DNA from: Hormiphora californensis
Taxonomy: Eukaryota > Animalia > Ctenophora
Direction: 5' to 3'
NCBI GenBank assembly: GCA_020137815.1
Contig: CM035350.1
Span: 2,418,001 to 2,482,000 of the forward strand
Length of the DNA: 64,000 nt
The translations under genes and the position numbers were made by a program. Below, piece by piece: positions 41,308-53,159 of the stretch (its first letter is position 1; every line of letters begins with the position of its first letter). The notes under the pieces are model-generated. The model ran no database searches, was not told the DNA's origin, and saw nothing but the letters and a program-made list of their open reading frames with translations.

Positions 41308-44300
41308 CTAGTTCGTTGCACCTACCGTATCTCCCGATTTGGCGGCCTTAGCCTGAGCCTGTTGTTGTTTCTTCTTCCGTTTCAGATTCTTCAGAGCCTC
41401 CCCACTATCATCCACCCACTCCATGAGGTTCTTGCTCATGTAGTACTCCCGGCCCGGGGTGCCATCATTGATCGTCTCGTCCTCCGCAAAGCAGATAAAG
41501 ATGGCGTCAATTCCAATCTCGTACACAGAGAAGAAGGTGTGGGCCACGGCGAAGGCAAATATTGATGCAATGAGGACGGGGATGGCCCAGTAGTACAGAT
41601 CCGTGTCTTTCTGCAAAGATTAGAGAATGTAAAGTCAGGGGAATAGAGTGAACATATAACAGGGTTTATAATAGAGGGGGGGGGGGGGCAATTGTAGCAT
41701 TAGAACTGGAACTGGGGTCAATTCTAACCTGCATCATGAAGTATCCGATCATCCCGGTAATCATGACAACTAGGAACTTGCCCATAAACAGGATGAATGC
41801 ACCCACACAGTTTATTACACCAACCCGGGCCACATTGGAAAGGAGCAGGGCAAATACCTTCTGGCAGGAGGTACAGAACGCTTTCCCCTTAAATGCTGAA
41901 ATGGAATGTTGTCAGAGTGAGAATAAAAAGTATAAGCTGAACCCCATCCCAAATTTCAAGGAAGCTGTGTGTAACACATTATTAAACAATGTCACAATGT
42001 CACTCAGCTCACCTGTGTATATGTAGGCGTTCCTGTTGATGAATTTCATGACCTTTTCGAAGCACCACAAGCAGCACTGGAGACACATTAGCAGATATTT
42101 CACACACTCACTCTGACTATCCTTTGTCCTAAGGGGGTTGAGATTGTTCAGGGTTCAATGTTCATGGAGTGTAGAGAATCATGTGTACCACTTTATCCAG
42201 TCTACAGTGAAAATACAGTGGTTTATTAATAAACCACCGTATAATAAACCACCATATTTTCATTTCGTCCCTGTTGACCCAGCCGGAAGGAGATACCATT
42301 TCTACAGATCATTATCATACGACTCATAAACAATTATCCGATACTTATTCTGTTTATCCAGTCTAGTAATGCCCCCCCCCCCTTTGTACGTGTTTACTAA
42401 CTTTTCCTGGATGTAAGCCAAGATTGTCCTGATAAGCTGGATGTTGGCAATGATGCAAGATCCGAAGGCCACCGTTCCCAGATGATATCTGAACACCCAC
42501 CAGATTCCACGAATGACTGGGAAGTGAATCTTGCTCTTGTCCCGAGTCCAGTAGAACTGCACGAAGGCACCAGCAATGGCCATCTCATGACACGCCAGGA
42601 AGAACTCAGTTCCCCAGTAGAGACCAAACAGGTGGTACAACCACACATAGTTGATGTAGTCCTGGGATGTAATTAATACTCTTGTGAAACTGCTGTCGTA
42701 CTACACAACTGTGTTTTTGCCACTCAATTAGAACGGTATATATGTGTACAAGGGTGTATGAATAGGGGCGAGGGGGCGGCCTAGACCCCTGTGTGTGTGC
42801 TAAGTGCTTACGTGATCCTTGAAGTAGACCATTGTAATGTTAGCATTTTGAGCACTTTCACCCCCCAGGTACTCTCTAGTAAAGGTGAGCTCTGTAGCTT
42901 CCCCTGAGGTGTAGAGGAAACCTGACACAAAGGTCCAAAGTGCCGCCCATGCCATGATAAACAGTGCCAGCTGGGGGGGGGGGGGGTAGTTATTGTTGGT
43001 TTTGGGAGAGATTTGGGAGATTGTAGGGTGAAAGAAAGAGCACGATGTTACAGCTAGGACCTGTCAGGCCAATGCTCTGACCACAGTTCTCGCGCGCTCC
43101 GCGAGAGAAATGAGAATAGGGTCAGGCCAATGCTCTGACAGGCTAGGACAGGAGATGGTTGGGAAGAAGGGGAATGTCCCACATACCACTAGGGGTGTGA
43201 ACACTATGGTAACCATCCTCATAACCATGATTCCAGCCTCCTTGAAGAGTGTTACCATGAGGCCAATCCTGGACCGCAGGAAGATGATCAGAGTCAGAAC
43301 TATGAAACACACAACCTGGGGATGATACCATTGTAAACACTTGTTTTGTTCATTGAACCATGTTCAGACCCTTGGTAAAAGTACATATTGCTAAACCGGG
43401 TATTTAGATGTTTCTAGATTTGTTCAAACCGTGGTTATAATGGCGTAGATCATCAGAGTTTTCACATTACTCGCGGTGCTCTCCAACTTTAAAGCTGATG
43501 CTTCGTATTCCTCGTTTGCCTTGTACCACACATACCAGAAGTAGGCTGGTCCGGCAACACAGGCAACAGCCGCTGCTATAGCAACAACATATATAACAAT
43601 CTGAGCTATCCATCCCAACAGGAGGATTATTATGAAGGATATGACCAGGGATGCCCCACACATAATCGCCAGTTCCTGGTAGGAGTGCATCAAATCGCTC
43701 ATAGCATACGTCATCACTTGGGTTGCGGAGACATTTGTTCCAAAGAACCCGTTAAATTTGTCCTCGATTATTGAAATAACGGAGAGTATTGCAGTATCGC
43801 CATTTGCTAGTTTAGTCACTTTTTCCATTAGCGGTATACATCGAGAGAGGACTGGGGAACTGAAATACAAGGGGGGGGGGGTTAGGGTTTTCAGGGAATT
43901 AAGTTGTTAGTTTTACAGCAATACAATAACACTATGACTACTGTACATCATCTCTATGTTACAAATATTTCATGACTTACGATGGTAGAACATAATCAGG
44001 ACAGGGACCAGAGGAGCCTTTGATAGTGACATATTTGCGATCCGTATAATCACCGTTAAAGTCTTCAAAAGTATCGTATTCGCACCAATTGTTTCCCTTT
44101 TTATACTCAGCGTGATAATAGTCTGAAGAAAATTGCATTATGATTGTGAAATAATGATAACGTGCTGTTCTTTTCATAATGTATTGTTTGCCAAAACATT
44201 TACTTACCCATCCTATAAGTAGTATCTGTAACCGTCTTTGCAGAGGAGAGAGGTGTCGTTAAGGGGTCCAGGATAAGCGTTTTAGGCCCAGGACATTCCT

Positions 44301-46725
44301 TTACACACACCATCATGGTAGTCTCTATACTCCCTCCAGTGCCGTCCACCAGGCCCAGAGAGACCAGGGAGGTAGGCAACATGACGGTGAAATCAAAGTA
44401 GAACAGGTACCTGGGAGAGGGAGGGGAGATAAAGCTAAAGACAGCTTCAAGCGATAACCGGAAGTGCGCTAAAGAAGACATGTGTGCATGTGAATGTTGG
44501 CGGGGACATAATAGCCGCGCGCGTAACACTGCCGATCACACATTGCGCGTTACATTCAAGACTCCGGTAGCAGTTGTAGGTAAACGATCCGGTCCTTGTA
44601 CGGTACACGATCATACCCGGTCCTTGTACGGTACTACAAGGTGCCCCCTTTCTTTATCCTGCGCTGTTACACAATATAACAATTTACATACGGTTTATCG
44701 GTGAGATTCCGGCCGTTCAATGGCGCATTTAGTCCTTCAACTGGAGTATTGTCCTTTCCACAGGTGTTTCCAAAGCTATCGTAACCATTTAGTATTCGCC
44801 ACGGGTCACCCATAGCAAATGCAAAGTATGCAATTACCCCCTGAGATGTTAAATATGTTTTATTTTGTCTCGGAATAACGATACCGTAATCTGGGGTAAC
44901 TTTGTTTTGCAGGGTAACTTTGGACACTTTCAAAATTTGGCTTTAGTCCAAAATTACCAACAGATAACGACAGATTTGGCATAATTTTTGGGTGTACAAG
45001 TAATTGACCCACAAATGTCTAACTAACGGTACAATTATTTTTTTCAATTCTATGCTAATTAGCTCCTAATTAGGGGCAAACATAATTGATGTCAAAATCG
45101 CTAAAAATGTTCAAATCAAAATGGGTACCATAGATTTGACCGGGCTAATGACCGAATAAAGTTTGCTCCATTGAGTGAAAGGGTTTCGATCAAATAATTC
45201 GGGGCACCATTTTTCAAACCCGATCAATTACTTTAATTGAGACTAATAGGGGTGGCTAATGTTACCCCACCATTTTTTGAGTTTTGGGGTAACTTTGGAC
45301 GGGGTGCCAAAGTTACCCCACACTACAGATTTTGAACTTTTGATGTCTGTAGAGTTGTCTTAGACCCTCTCTGAATTGTTTAGGGCCATATAACCAAGAT
45401 TTAGCCCACTCCACGCCCATTTCCATCCATCTATTCGATAGGTTAGTGAAAAAACTAGAATTTGGACTATTTTATGGAGCTAAATCACTGAAATCCGGCC
45501 TGAGACCCATCGGGCTTCGGTGATTTGGGGTTCCTCATCCATCCTGTAGCTTGTTGGGTGGTGTTGGATCTTTAGGCGAGTGTTCTAGTTCTTGTAGACA
45601 ATCTATGCAGGAGCACAGGTACCAAAACTCCTTTATTTAGCCAGTACCCATAAGTAGACCACTTCCTGTCTACCCAATTCATCAAAAAGAACTGACACAC
45701 TCGCCTTGAGGGCCAGTGCCGTCTACCGGGCTGCGGGGTGGATGGGGGACCCCAAATTGTTGAAGTTTGATGGGTTTCAGGCCGGATGTGGCAACCTCTA
45801 AATCAAGTCCGATTGAGCTGAAATTTTATTTGGTGGCTAGTTTCATCATTCCTCACACCCAAAAAAGTTGAGTCGACATCAACAATTTTTTTAAAAATCA
45901 TGGGGCGTTTGGCTAACCCTATTGTTCTTTTTTAATTTATTGACCCATTTAAACCCCATTTAAACATTTTAGGTTCATTTATTTATCATTGCAAAATGTT
46001 CGGATTTATGTTTGTTCCAATATTACTATCGTGGGGTAACTTTGGACGGGTGTCCAAAGTTACCCCACCCTCATTCCAAAGTTACCCCATGCCCTAAAAC
46101 CCCACTTACACTAAAATACACGTTAATTAATGTAATTAAATGAGAGGGGACCAAAAATTTCACTAGTTATATCTGGTGTACTAGGTCTGGAACGGGATTA
46201 TTTGGTTCAAAAATTTTCGAGTGTGGTTCTGGCAAGGAGTTATTTTAGGAGAATGCTAAAAAGTGGTACAAAGTTACCCCAACTTACGGTATGTGTAACG
46301 TGATATTTTGTTCCCCCGACCTACCATTCCTCCTAGGAACAAGATAAAGATAAGGAGGCAGATAATATCGGTACATCCTCGATTTTTCAACGGTCCAACG
46401 TCGCCTTTATCCTCTTGCTGGCAAGGGAAGATGGGTTAGTCTCGGATCAAATCATGCAACAAACAGTCAGCAGCAATGATTATGTGTTGCCTTGTTCGAC
46501 CCTCAAATTATTTGATTAGATTTGTAAGTTCAATCAACATTACTTCATCGAATTACCATTTATTTAGCAAGGTATAATTGTATAATAATGTACTGACTTT
46601 AAATCATGAATTATTATCTTGCCAAGATTCTTTCCAAATTAGCGGTTGGTTTAACATGCATCATTATAATCTTTGATTCTAGGCAAGCGTCTTACTTTAG
46701 TTTGGAATGGCTTTACTTTGCCCAT
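41308..46725 (-). CDS. Choline transporter-like protein (SLC44/CTL family), at least 11 exons
   Basis: GPLKNRGCTDIICLL, GDPWRILNGYDSFGNTCG, YHLGTVAFGS, CCLWCFEKVMKFINRNAYI, FFSVYEIGIDAIFICFAED. First exon (46696-46725) is tentative; paralog not assignable. Confidence 0.92.
43061..43141. mobile_element. 81-bp micro-MITE with 8-bp TSD in an SLC44 intron
   Basis: Ends ctgtcag/ctgacag; TSD gctaggac at 43053-43060 and 43142-43149. Related copies at ~29066-29135 and ~37357-37390. Confidence 0.75.
44884..46289. mobile_element. 1.4-kb non-autonomous Tc1/pogo-like DNA transposon in an SLC44 intron
   Basis: TA|ccgtaa..ggggtaactttg and caaagttacccc..ttacgg|TA ends; repeated internal ggggtaactttggac motifs; no long ORF. 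Confidence 0.8.
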
Positions 46726-48228
46726 TTTAGAGTTTCTTAAACCATTCACTATAGCAACTAAGATTTAGAATGAAACATTTGAAAGCTCATTTCAGCCAAG
46801 GATAAAAATGTTACTAAAGTCTCAACCTAGTAAGCTGTGGAATACCATGATGATGAAGTTTTGAGAACGGTGTGTGAGGCTTTATTGGTGTGTGAGGCTT
46901 TATCGCCTAAATTGGGATAATCGTATTTCGATAAAATTCGATAAAACCAGCCAAGCAGAAACCTCAAAAAGAACTTCTTTTAAAGAATTTAAGTATTTTT
47001 CCCTGAACTGCCCGAAGGGCTTTCACCCGGGATGACGTTTTTAGCACGCAGCAGATCGTGGGGTTAACTAAATGTGTCCGTCCGTCCGTCCGTCACGAGT
47101 GCGCTTGTTCATCAAATCAAATAACTGTTTTGATGAAATATGATGTAGCTACTCCCCAACCCTAGCCCCCTTCCTTACCGATGTGCGAAGTACACATCGC
47201 ATGCATCTCACATTACATTATGACCAAGCCTTGATATTGTGATAGTGTGATACTGATCCTGTTGACGCATGCTGCAGTAGAAGCCGGAGGGCAGGGAAAC
47301 ACCGCATTATGAATACATAATGCAATATTTCTTGTTAGAAATTAGACCTTGACGGGGAACCGGTGTCCCGGCGTGGAATAGAATGAATCGCGTGTTTGCC
47401 ACAGGGTAAAAGAACATGGTAGAAGAACATGGTGTATGGTAGTATGAAGCATTGGTAATGATAATCGACAATGTAGGTCAATGTAATGTGTATCATGTTA
47501 CAACCATAGGCAGTATAATCGTCACACAATATCATAACTCTCTCTAAACTCTCTTATCTATTGACTAAAATATATCTTCCTCTTTCTTTCTCACTTTTAT
47601 CATCATTTGGTCACCGCTCGCGCTCCCTGCTTATTCAATAGGACCAGCAGGCGCCAGGCTTTACATATGTCATCGTACAATGGGAAAGGTGGTCAAGTAA
47701 AGTGTCAAAGGTCAAGTAAAGTGTCAAGTAAAGTGTCAACACGATCGTCGATCATTTAGCCTGACTTCATAAATACCCTTCATAAGAGAAATTGTTCTAA
47801 CGGTCGAGCAAGGCAAGAGAGAAATACAAGAAGTCAGAAGAAGAACTGTACTGGTGAGGTGGGGTGGTGACAGATATAGGATAAGAACTGTACTGCAAGG
47901 AGTGTGGCCAGTAAACATGACTCTACGGGAAACTCTCCTCACATGAAATAATGAACCGCCCAGGCCCACCTGGTGCACTACAGCTCACATTTCAAACACG
48001 GGAAACCGCCGATGTAGCAGGATCATATTTCACGGTATTCGCAGCGGTAGATTCTATTTTATTGTAATCAACGTCACAGCAATCAGATGAGTAATAATGA
48101 TTAATTCTGATCTTCTTTCCGAGAAAACATATCATACCTTAGTCATGGTTCAAACATAAAAAGCTAGGTGATCGATTGTTACTTTTTAAAATGGAGTATA
48201 TTTGGAGTATATTTGTTATTTGTTATTT

Positions 48229-48373
48229 TAGTAGAAGCTCTTACGGTTTTTCCCACGCGGCTTAAATCCTGAGCTGTGATTGGCTGAAATTTGCGAAATT
48301 TCAGCCAATCAGAGCGCAGAATTTGAGCCGTGCACGTGCAGCGCCCGTGGGAAAACCGTAAGAGCTTCCACTA
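48229..48373. repeat. Palindromic MITE with paired CCAAT boxes
   Basis: tagtagaagctcttacggttttt / aaaaccgtaagagcttccacta; core gattggctgaaattt..aaatttcagccaatc. Confidence 0.8.
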
Positions 48374-48743
48374 TTATGGTCATATTGTTAGTTTTGTAGG
48401 GAAAACTGTCTGAGCAAGTCTAGTAGTACAAGTGTACGAAAAATGCTAACTAATCATCCACCGAAAAGGAACAAAATGGTAAGCAGGGAAATGATCTAGT
48501 GATGAGCGAAAAACGTATTATTGTGTGGTACAAACACTTGGTGATGCGGCTAGTGTAGGGGTGGCCGCGTCACCAATACAAACACACACAAAACAAAAAA
48601 GGGAAAGGAATTATGATCTCGCTCCCAACCGATCGACACGAATGAGTTGTTCAGAAAGAGTACCTCTCTATCTATCTATTCCTTTCTCCCTCCCTCTCAT
48701 ATATACACAGGTGTTACCATACCAACTACAAGATCAGGTTTCA

Positions 48744-49004
48744 CACACCGCCCTCTCTCGCTCCCTACTCCCCACACCGCCCTCTCTCGCTCCCTACTCC
48801 CCACACCGCCCTCTCTCGCTCCCTAGTCCCCATACCGCCCTCTCTCGCTCCCTACTCCCCACACCGCCCTCTCCCGCTCCCTAGTCCCCATACCGCCCTC
48901 TCTCGCTCCCTACTCCCCACACCGCCCTCTCTCGCTCCCTACTCCCCACACCGCCCTCTCTCGCTCCCTACTCCCCACACCGCCCTCTCTCGCTCCCTAC
49001 TCCC
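48744..49004. repeat. 29-bp minisatellite, about 9 copies
   Basis: Unit cacaccgccctctctcgctccctactccc. Confidence 0.92.
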
Positions 49005-49383
49005 ATTGCGATCTAAAATAAGCTGGAAATGATGTCATCGGGGGCCCATGTCATCATACCATTACTCAGTGAAGTTCATAACTGAGATTTTGTGTTCACT
49101 GATCATTACCATGTCTGATTACGATGGTTAAATTTAATCTGCCAGCCGTCAGTTAGTAGTTACATTTGAAATGTATTAAGGTATGGATCAACAATACTAG
49201 AATGAGTTATCACTGCTGAGTGCTACTACCAGTGTCCGATTCTTAATTACTTACTTGCAATCCATCATATTCCACTTCTGCCATTTGCTAACTGCCACAG
49301 GATGGAGTTATATTAGAAAAGAGTTATATTAGACAGGATAAGTATTGGATAATTGTTTATGATAAATACGTTGGTTTATTAAT

Positions 49384-49460
49384 ACTAGTAGGCCCGTTCG
49401 CCCTACGGGCGAATTTCGGGGAAATGGTAGCTGGATTAGGGAACGCTGACATCACCTGCA
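49384..49460 (-). mobile_element. Helitron-like 3' terminus; inverted copy at ~61940-62013
   Basis: Hairpin ttcgcccgtagggcgaa about 8 nt before CTAG|T in both copies. Confidence 0.6.
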
Positions 49461-50464
49461 CCATCCGTTCCTAGCCTATCTCTCACTTTCTCCCTATACT
49501 ACGTTGTTTTACGCTATGTTGTTGTACGCTCTGGGCTTCCTGACAATGTCAAGGTGCGAATTTAAAAAATCAATGTCAGGGAGCCGGGAGGTTCAGTGCT
49601 GTTACAGAAACTCATCACGTGAAAACTTGGCCGCTATGTAGCCAATTCAGAGATTTCTATATTCGATTGGAGTAATCACCCTTGGGCGACGTTGGGTAAA
49701 GCTATCAGTAGTCGTTGATTGGCTCGCTTGAACATGTTGGCGTAATCTGTCATATTCTCTGGCCTGCTCTCTGACAGCAGCAGATCTTCCGGACCCAGAT
49801 GACCGTTGCCGAATAGCGCTTGGGGTTGAAGAGTTAGACATCAGGACAAAAGTAAAAGAATGCACGTGCAGAATTGAATTTCCCTTAGTACCCAAAACTT
49901 CAACTGGGAGTGAGGTTTCTAAGTTGCTCTAATAATTGCACGTGCAGGTGTAGTTGCTAGGTGATGTAGCACTGACAATTTGAATAGTAAGTAGTATGAT
50001 GATAATAAACCACCATATTTTCATTTTGTCCCTGTTGACCCAGCCGGAAGGAGATACCATCTCTACAGACTAGAGTTATATTAGAAAAGATATTAGAAAA
50101 TATGAAAATTGGAAATATTATTATTAATATTATAAGCAGTCAACCAAGGAATTTGGAGCTTTCAACTTATTTACTGACAAAGTTTTTTTCGGACTATCCC
50201 GTGGACTATTGGCAGCAGACCCCTAAGGTAGCGCTTTTCAAACCGGTCTGTGTCGACTTGTCAGTTGTCATACACTGACTGTACATCGCGGCCTCACGTA
50301 GCCTTCGGCCCGGTGCGAAGAGGAGGGTCTTATATGAGACAAGTGTCGACACTCGGCCAATCAGTATCCCGCCGTTTACAAAGGTAAAATATATATGTAG
50401 AATGAACAGTGTTCATTCTATATATTTTACCTTTGTAAACGGCGGGACACGGGGTTGCGGGACA

Positions 50465-51206
50465 CGGGGTTGCTAAGTTGAAATTTTTGAATACACAATT
50501 TTAAAGTCTTGCACGTGTATTGGGATGTTCTAGGAACTAATTTCCGTGTTTTGAAATTTTAAAATTTTTTTTCGATTTTTTCCCCGCCCGGGTGAAGGCC
50601 GAAGGCCTTCACCCGGATGCCTTTTGCAAAAAGGCATAGGGGTTTAGAAATCTAAACGGATATAGTGACTATGTGTAGCAAGTCAGCTCTCTTGTCCCGT
50701 TTCAGGTTGCGAGGGGCAACATGTAGCAACTAGAGCCGCCCACACAACAACAACCTGCTCCTTCATAAACCACTTCATTGACACGTTTTCAGGAATTGTG
50801 TGCCGCGCAATTCCGCAATGTGGTGCGCAATTTAGTGCTACTAAAACACAAGGATTTGTTCTATACTGTTTGCTTGATTTATAAATGATCCGAAATGTCT
50901 GTCCCGCCTTCGTGTTAGAAATGAAAGGTTGGCGGGGAAACATAGCATTATGAAACATAATGCATTTATTCTTGTTCCCCCGATTTTTCTTGCCTAGCTA
51001 GACTGTGTTTCGCGCGCCCCTTTACAAATGTAAAGGAGGGTTAGAACATAACAAGATTTTTCACCGAAAACAAGGGTCACAAAAGTGGCTTGTGATCCTT
51101 AGTGGCTCAACCGTTTGGGCTGAAACTCCGGATATCAGTAGATAATTACCCAATAAATAACAGAAAAAATGATTCATAGCGATTCATTCCGACTTAGCAA
51201 CCCCTG
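50465..51206. mobile_element. Second hAT-like MITE copy interrupted by a ~470-bp insertion
   Basis: Matches 20438-20913 over 50465-50585 and 51055-51206. The insert ends in caaatgtaaaggagggttagaacataacaa, also present at 14644-14672. Confidence 0.7.
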
Positions 51207-53159
51207 TTCATTGAACAGGTCATTTTCAATCTCAAAGTAGATATAAAGGGTCGTCCATAAATTATGATAGCGGGGGACGAGCCGTACCTCCGAAACGGTG
51301 ATAGTTGTTCAAAAACAAACTACGGGAACATACTGGAACAATTCCTGGACAGCTTTTTGCAAATTATGAAATTTTATTCAAAAGTTCATTTTTCATTCAT
51401 GAACTTTCTACACGTTCATTAATGAATTAAGGACTTTAATTTACCGAGAGAGAGTGTATAAGTCTCGTTAAGTAGTAAAGAAATTGGCATACGCTACCAA
51501 GCTCAAGCTCTACAGTCTACACACTGCATAGTAAACCATAATACAGTTCAAGAGCGTCCAAGAGCTCACCAGTTCCAGAAGATACCAAATTCAAAAATAA
51601 AAAGGGTTTGAACAAAACAAACATTGCAGTTTGCACAGGCAGGCATCGGAAACAGTAAAATAAACACGCGACTGCAACTCGATCTTGATTTTGAAAATGA
51701 AGACGCACTCGATTTTGCTCCGACGCGCAAACATATTTGTGTCGCGCGTGATACTGCGCGCGGCGCGATCAGGCAATTTTTTTTAATATAAAGAATTTTT
51801 AATTTTAATTTCTTAAAATTTAAAATTAAAGTCGGATTTTTTGAAACTGTCGCACCCCTGAAATAACAAAATCTTCGTAACCTCCAAATTTCAAGTCTCT
51901 ATCTCATCAGGAACCGGACTTATGGTCATTTAAAGAAATTTGAAAACTCTAAAAAACGACAGTTATTTAAAATCAGACTATATATTTAAAGTCGGATTTT
52001 TTAATCAAGGGACAGGGGGGGTCTTTTTGACCTTATTTCAAACGCGCATATCTCCGGTTCCTGGTGAGATAAAGACTTGAAATTTGGAGGTTAGGGAGAA
52101 CTTGGCATGATCTTTCTGACCTTTTAATTTCAAGTCTCTATCACACCAGGAACCGGAGATGTGCGACTTTAATGCGACTTGAAAAAGAAAGTTTCTAAAT
52201 TTGAAAACAGGCCGAGCAGTTAAGGTTACAAAGCGGAATAATAAGTATTTTGTGATGATGGTGATGATGATTGGCGGCACCCAGATTATACTCGTGCCGC
52301 CGGCAACCCTCCCTGGCAATCGCTAAAATCTAGTCCATCCTTCCTGCGACGTGCGATTTAATATTTTTGCGTTGGAACTTTTCTCGAATTTCAAATTCAA
52401 ACCCAAATAAATTATACACAATACAAACATATAGTGCAGAAATTCCCATCTCGTGGGTCCTCCTTTGTCAAAATGTCTACTTACAGTCCCTTACTCACAA
52501 GTAAAACATAAACAGCGTGAACAGCAAAACAACATTTACAGCTTCACACAAATGAAATCATTTGGGTCCGTCTCATAGCCACGCACCGCGGTGGTCTGTC
52601 ATGGAATTCCTTCATAAACAACAAAGGCCGCTGCTAGCAGTTTGCTGTTCTGTCTTGGTCGCTAATAAGTGTTGAAATAGGTCTACAATCTACATGTATA
52701 ACAGTCATCAGCAATGTTAGGCAACGGTGGATCAGGTCCTTCATATCTAGGGTGGATGTTTGTTATGCAGAGATGGTTAGAAAAAACGGAGAGAGAAAAT
52801 GAAGAGAAATTATATAAGAGACAAATATGTGTGAGAGAAAGCCGAGAGATGGAAAGAGATAGAGAGGACGTTTTTCCTTCCCATGGTTTGGTGTGTTGAC
52901 AGGAGCTATTATTTTTCCTTCGCATTTTAATGTGAGAGAGTCCCACTTGTTATTCCTCAGTCCTGGACCTGGTCGATTTTGTGCTTGGCATGCGGTGCAG
53001 CCCCCCACCCCCACCACAGTTTGTATCTTCTTGTTGGGCATCTGATACAGAGCTAGGGGACTGCCAATTTTTTGCCCGAAAATTGAACCAAGCTCAAAAT
53101 ATGTGATAAAATAGCTGGTAAATACATCGATAATTATTATTCAATTTTGTTTCAGTTCC

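Noticed and set aside
45470-45790. Possible transposase remnant inside the 1.4-kb TIR element
   Set aside because: I could not read any DDE or HTH motif or a sustained ORF.
46995-47100. Helentron/DINE-like head with (GTCC)n
   Set aside because: Suggestive only; boundaries could not be defined.
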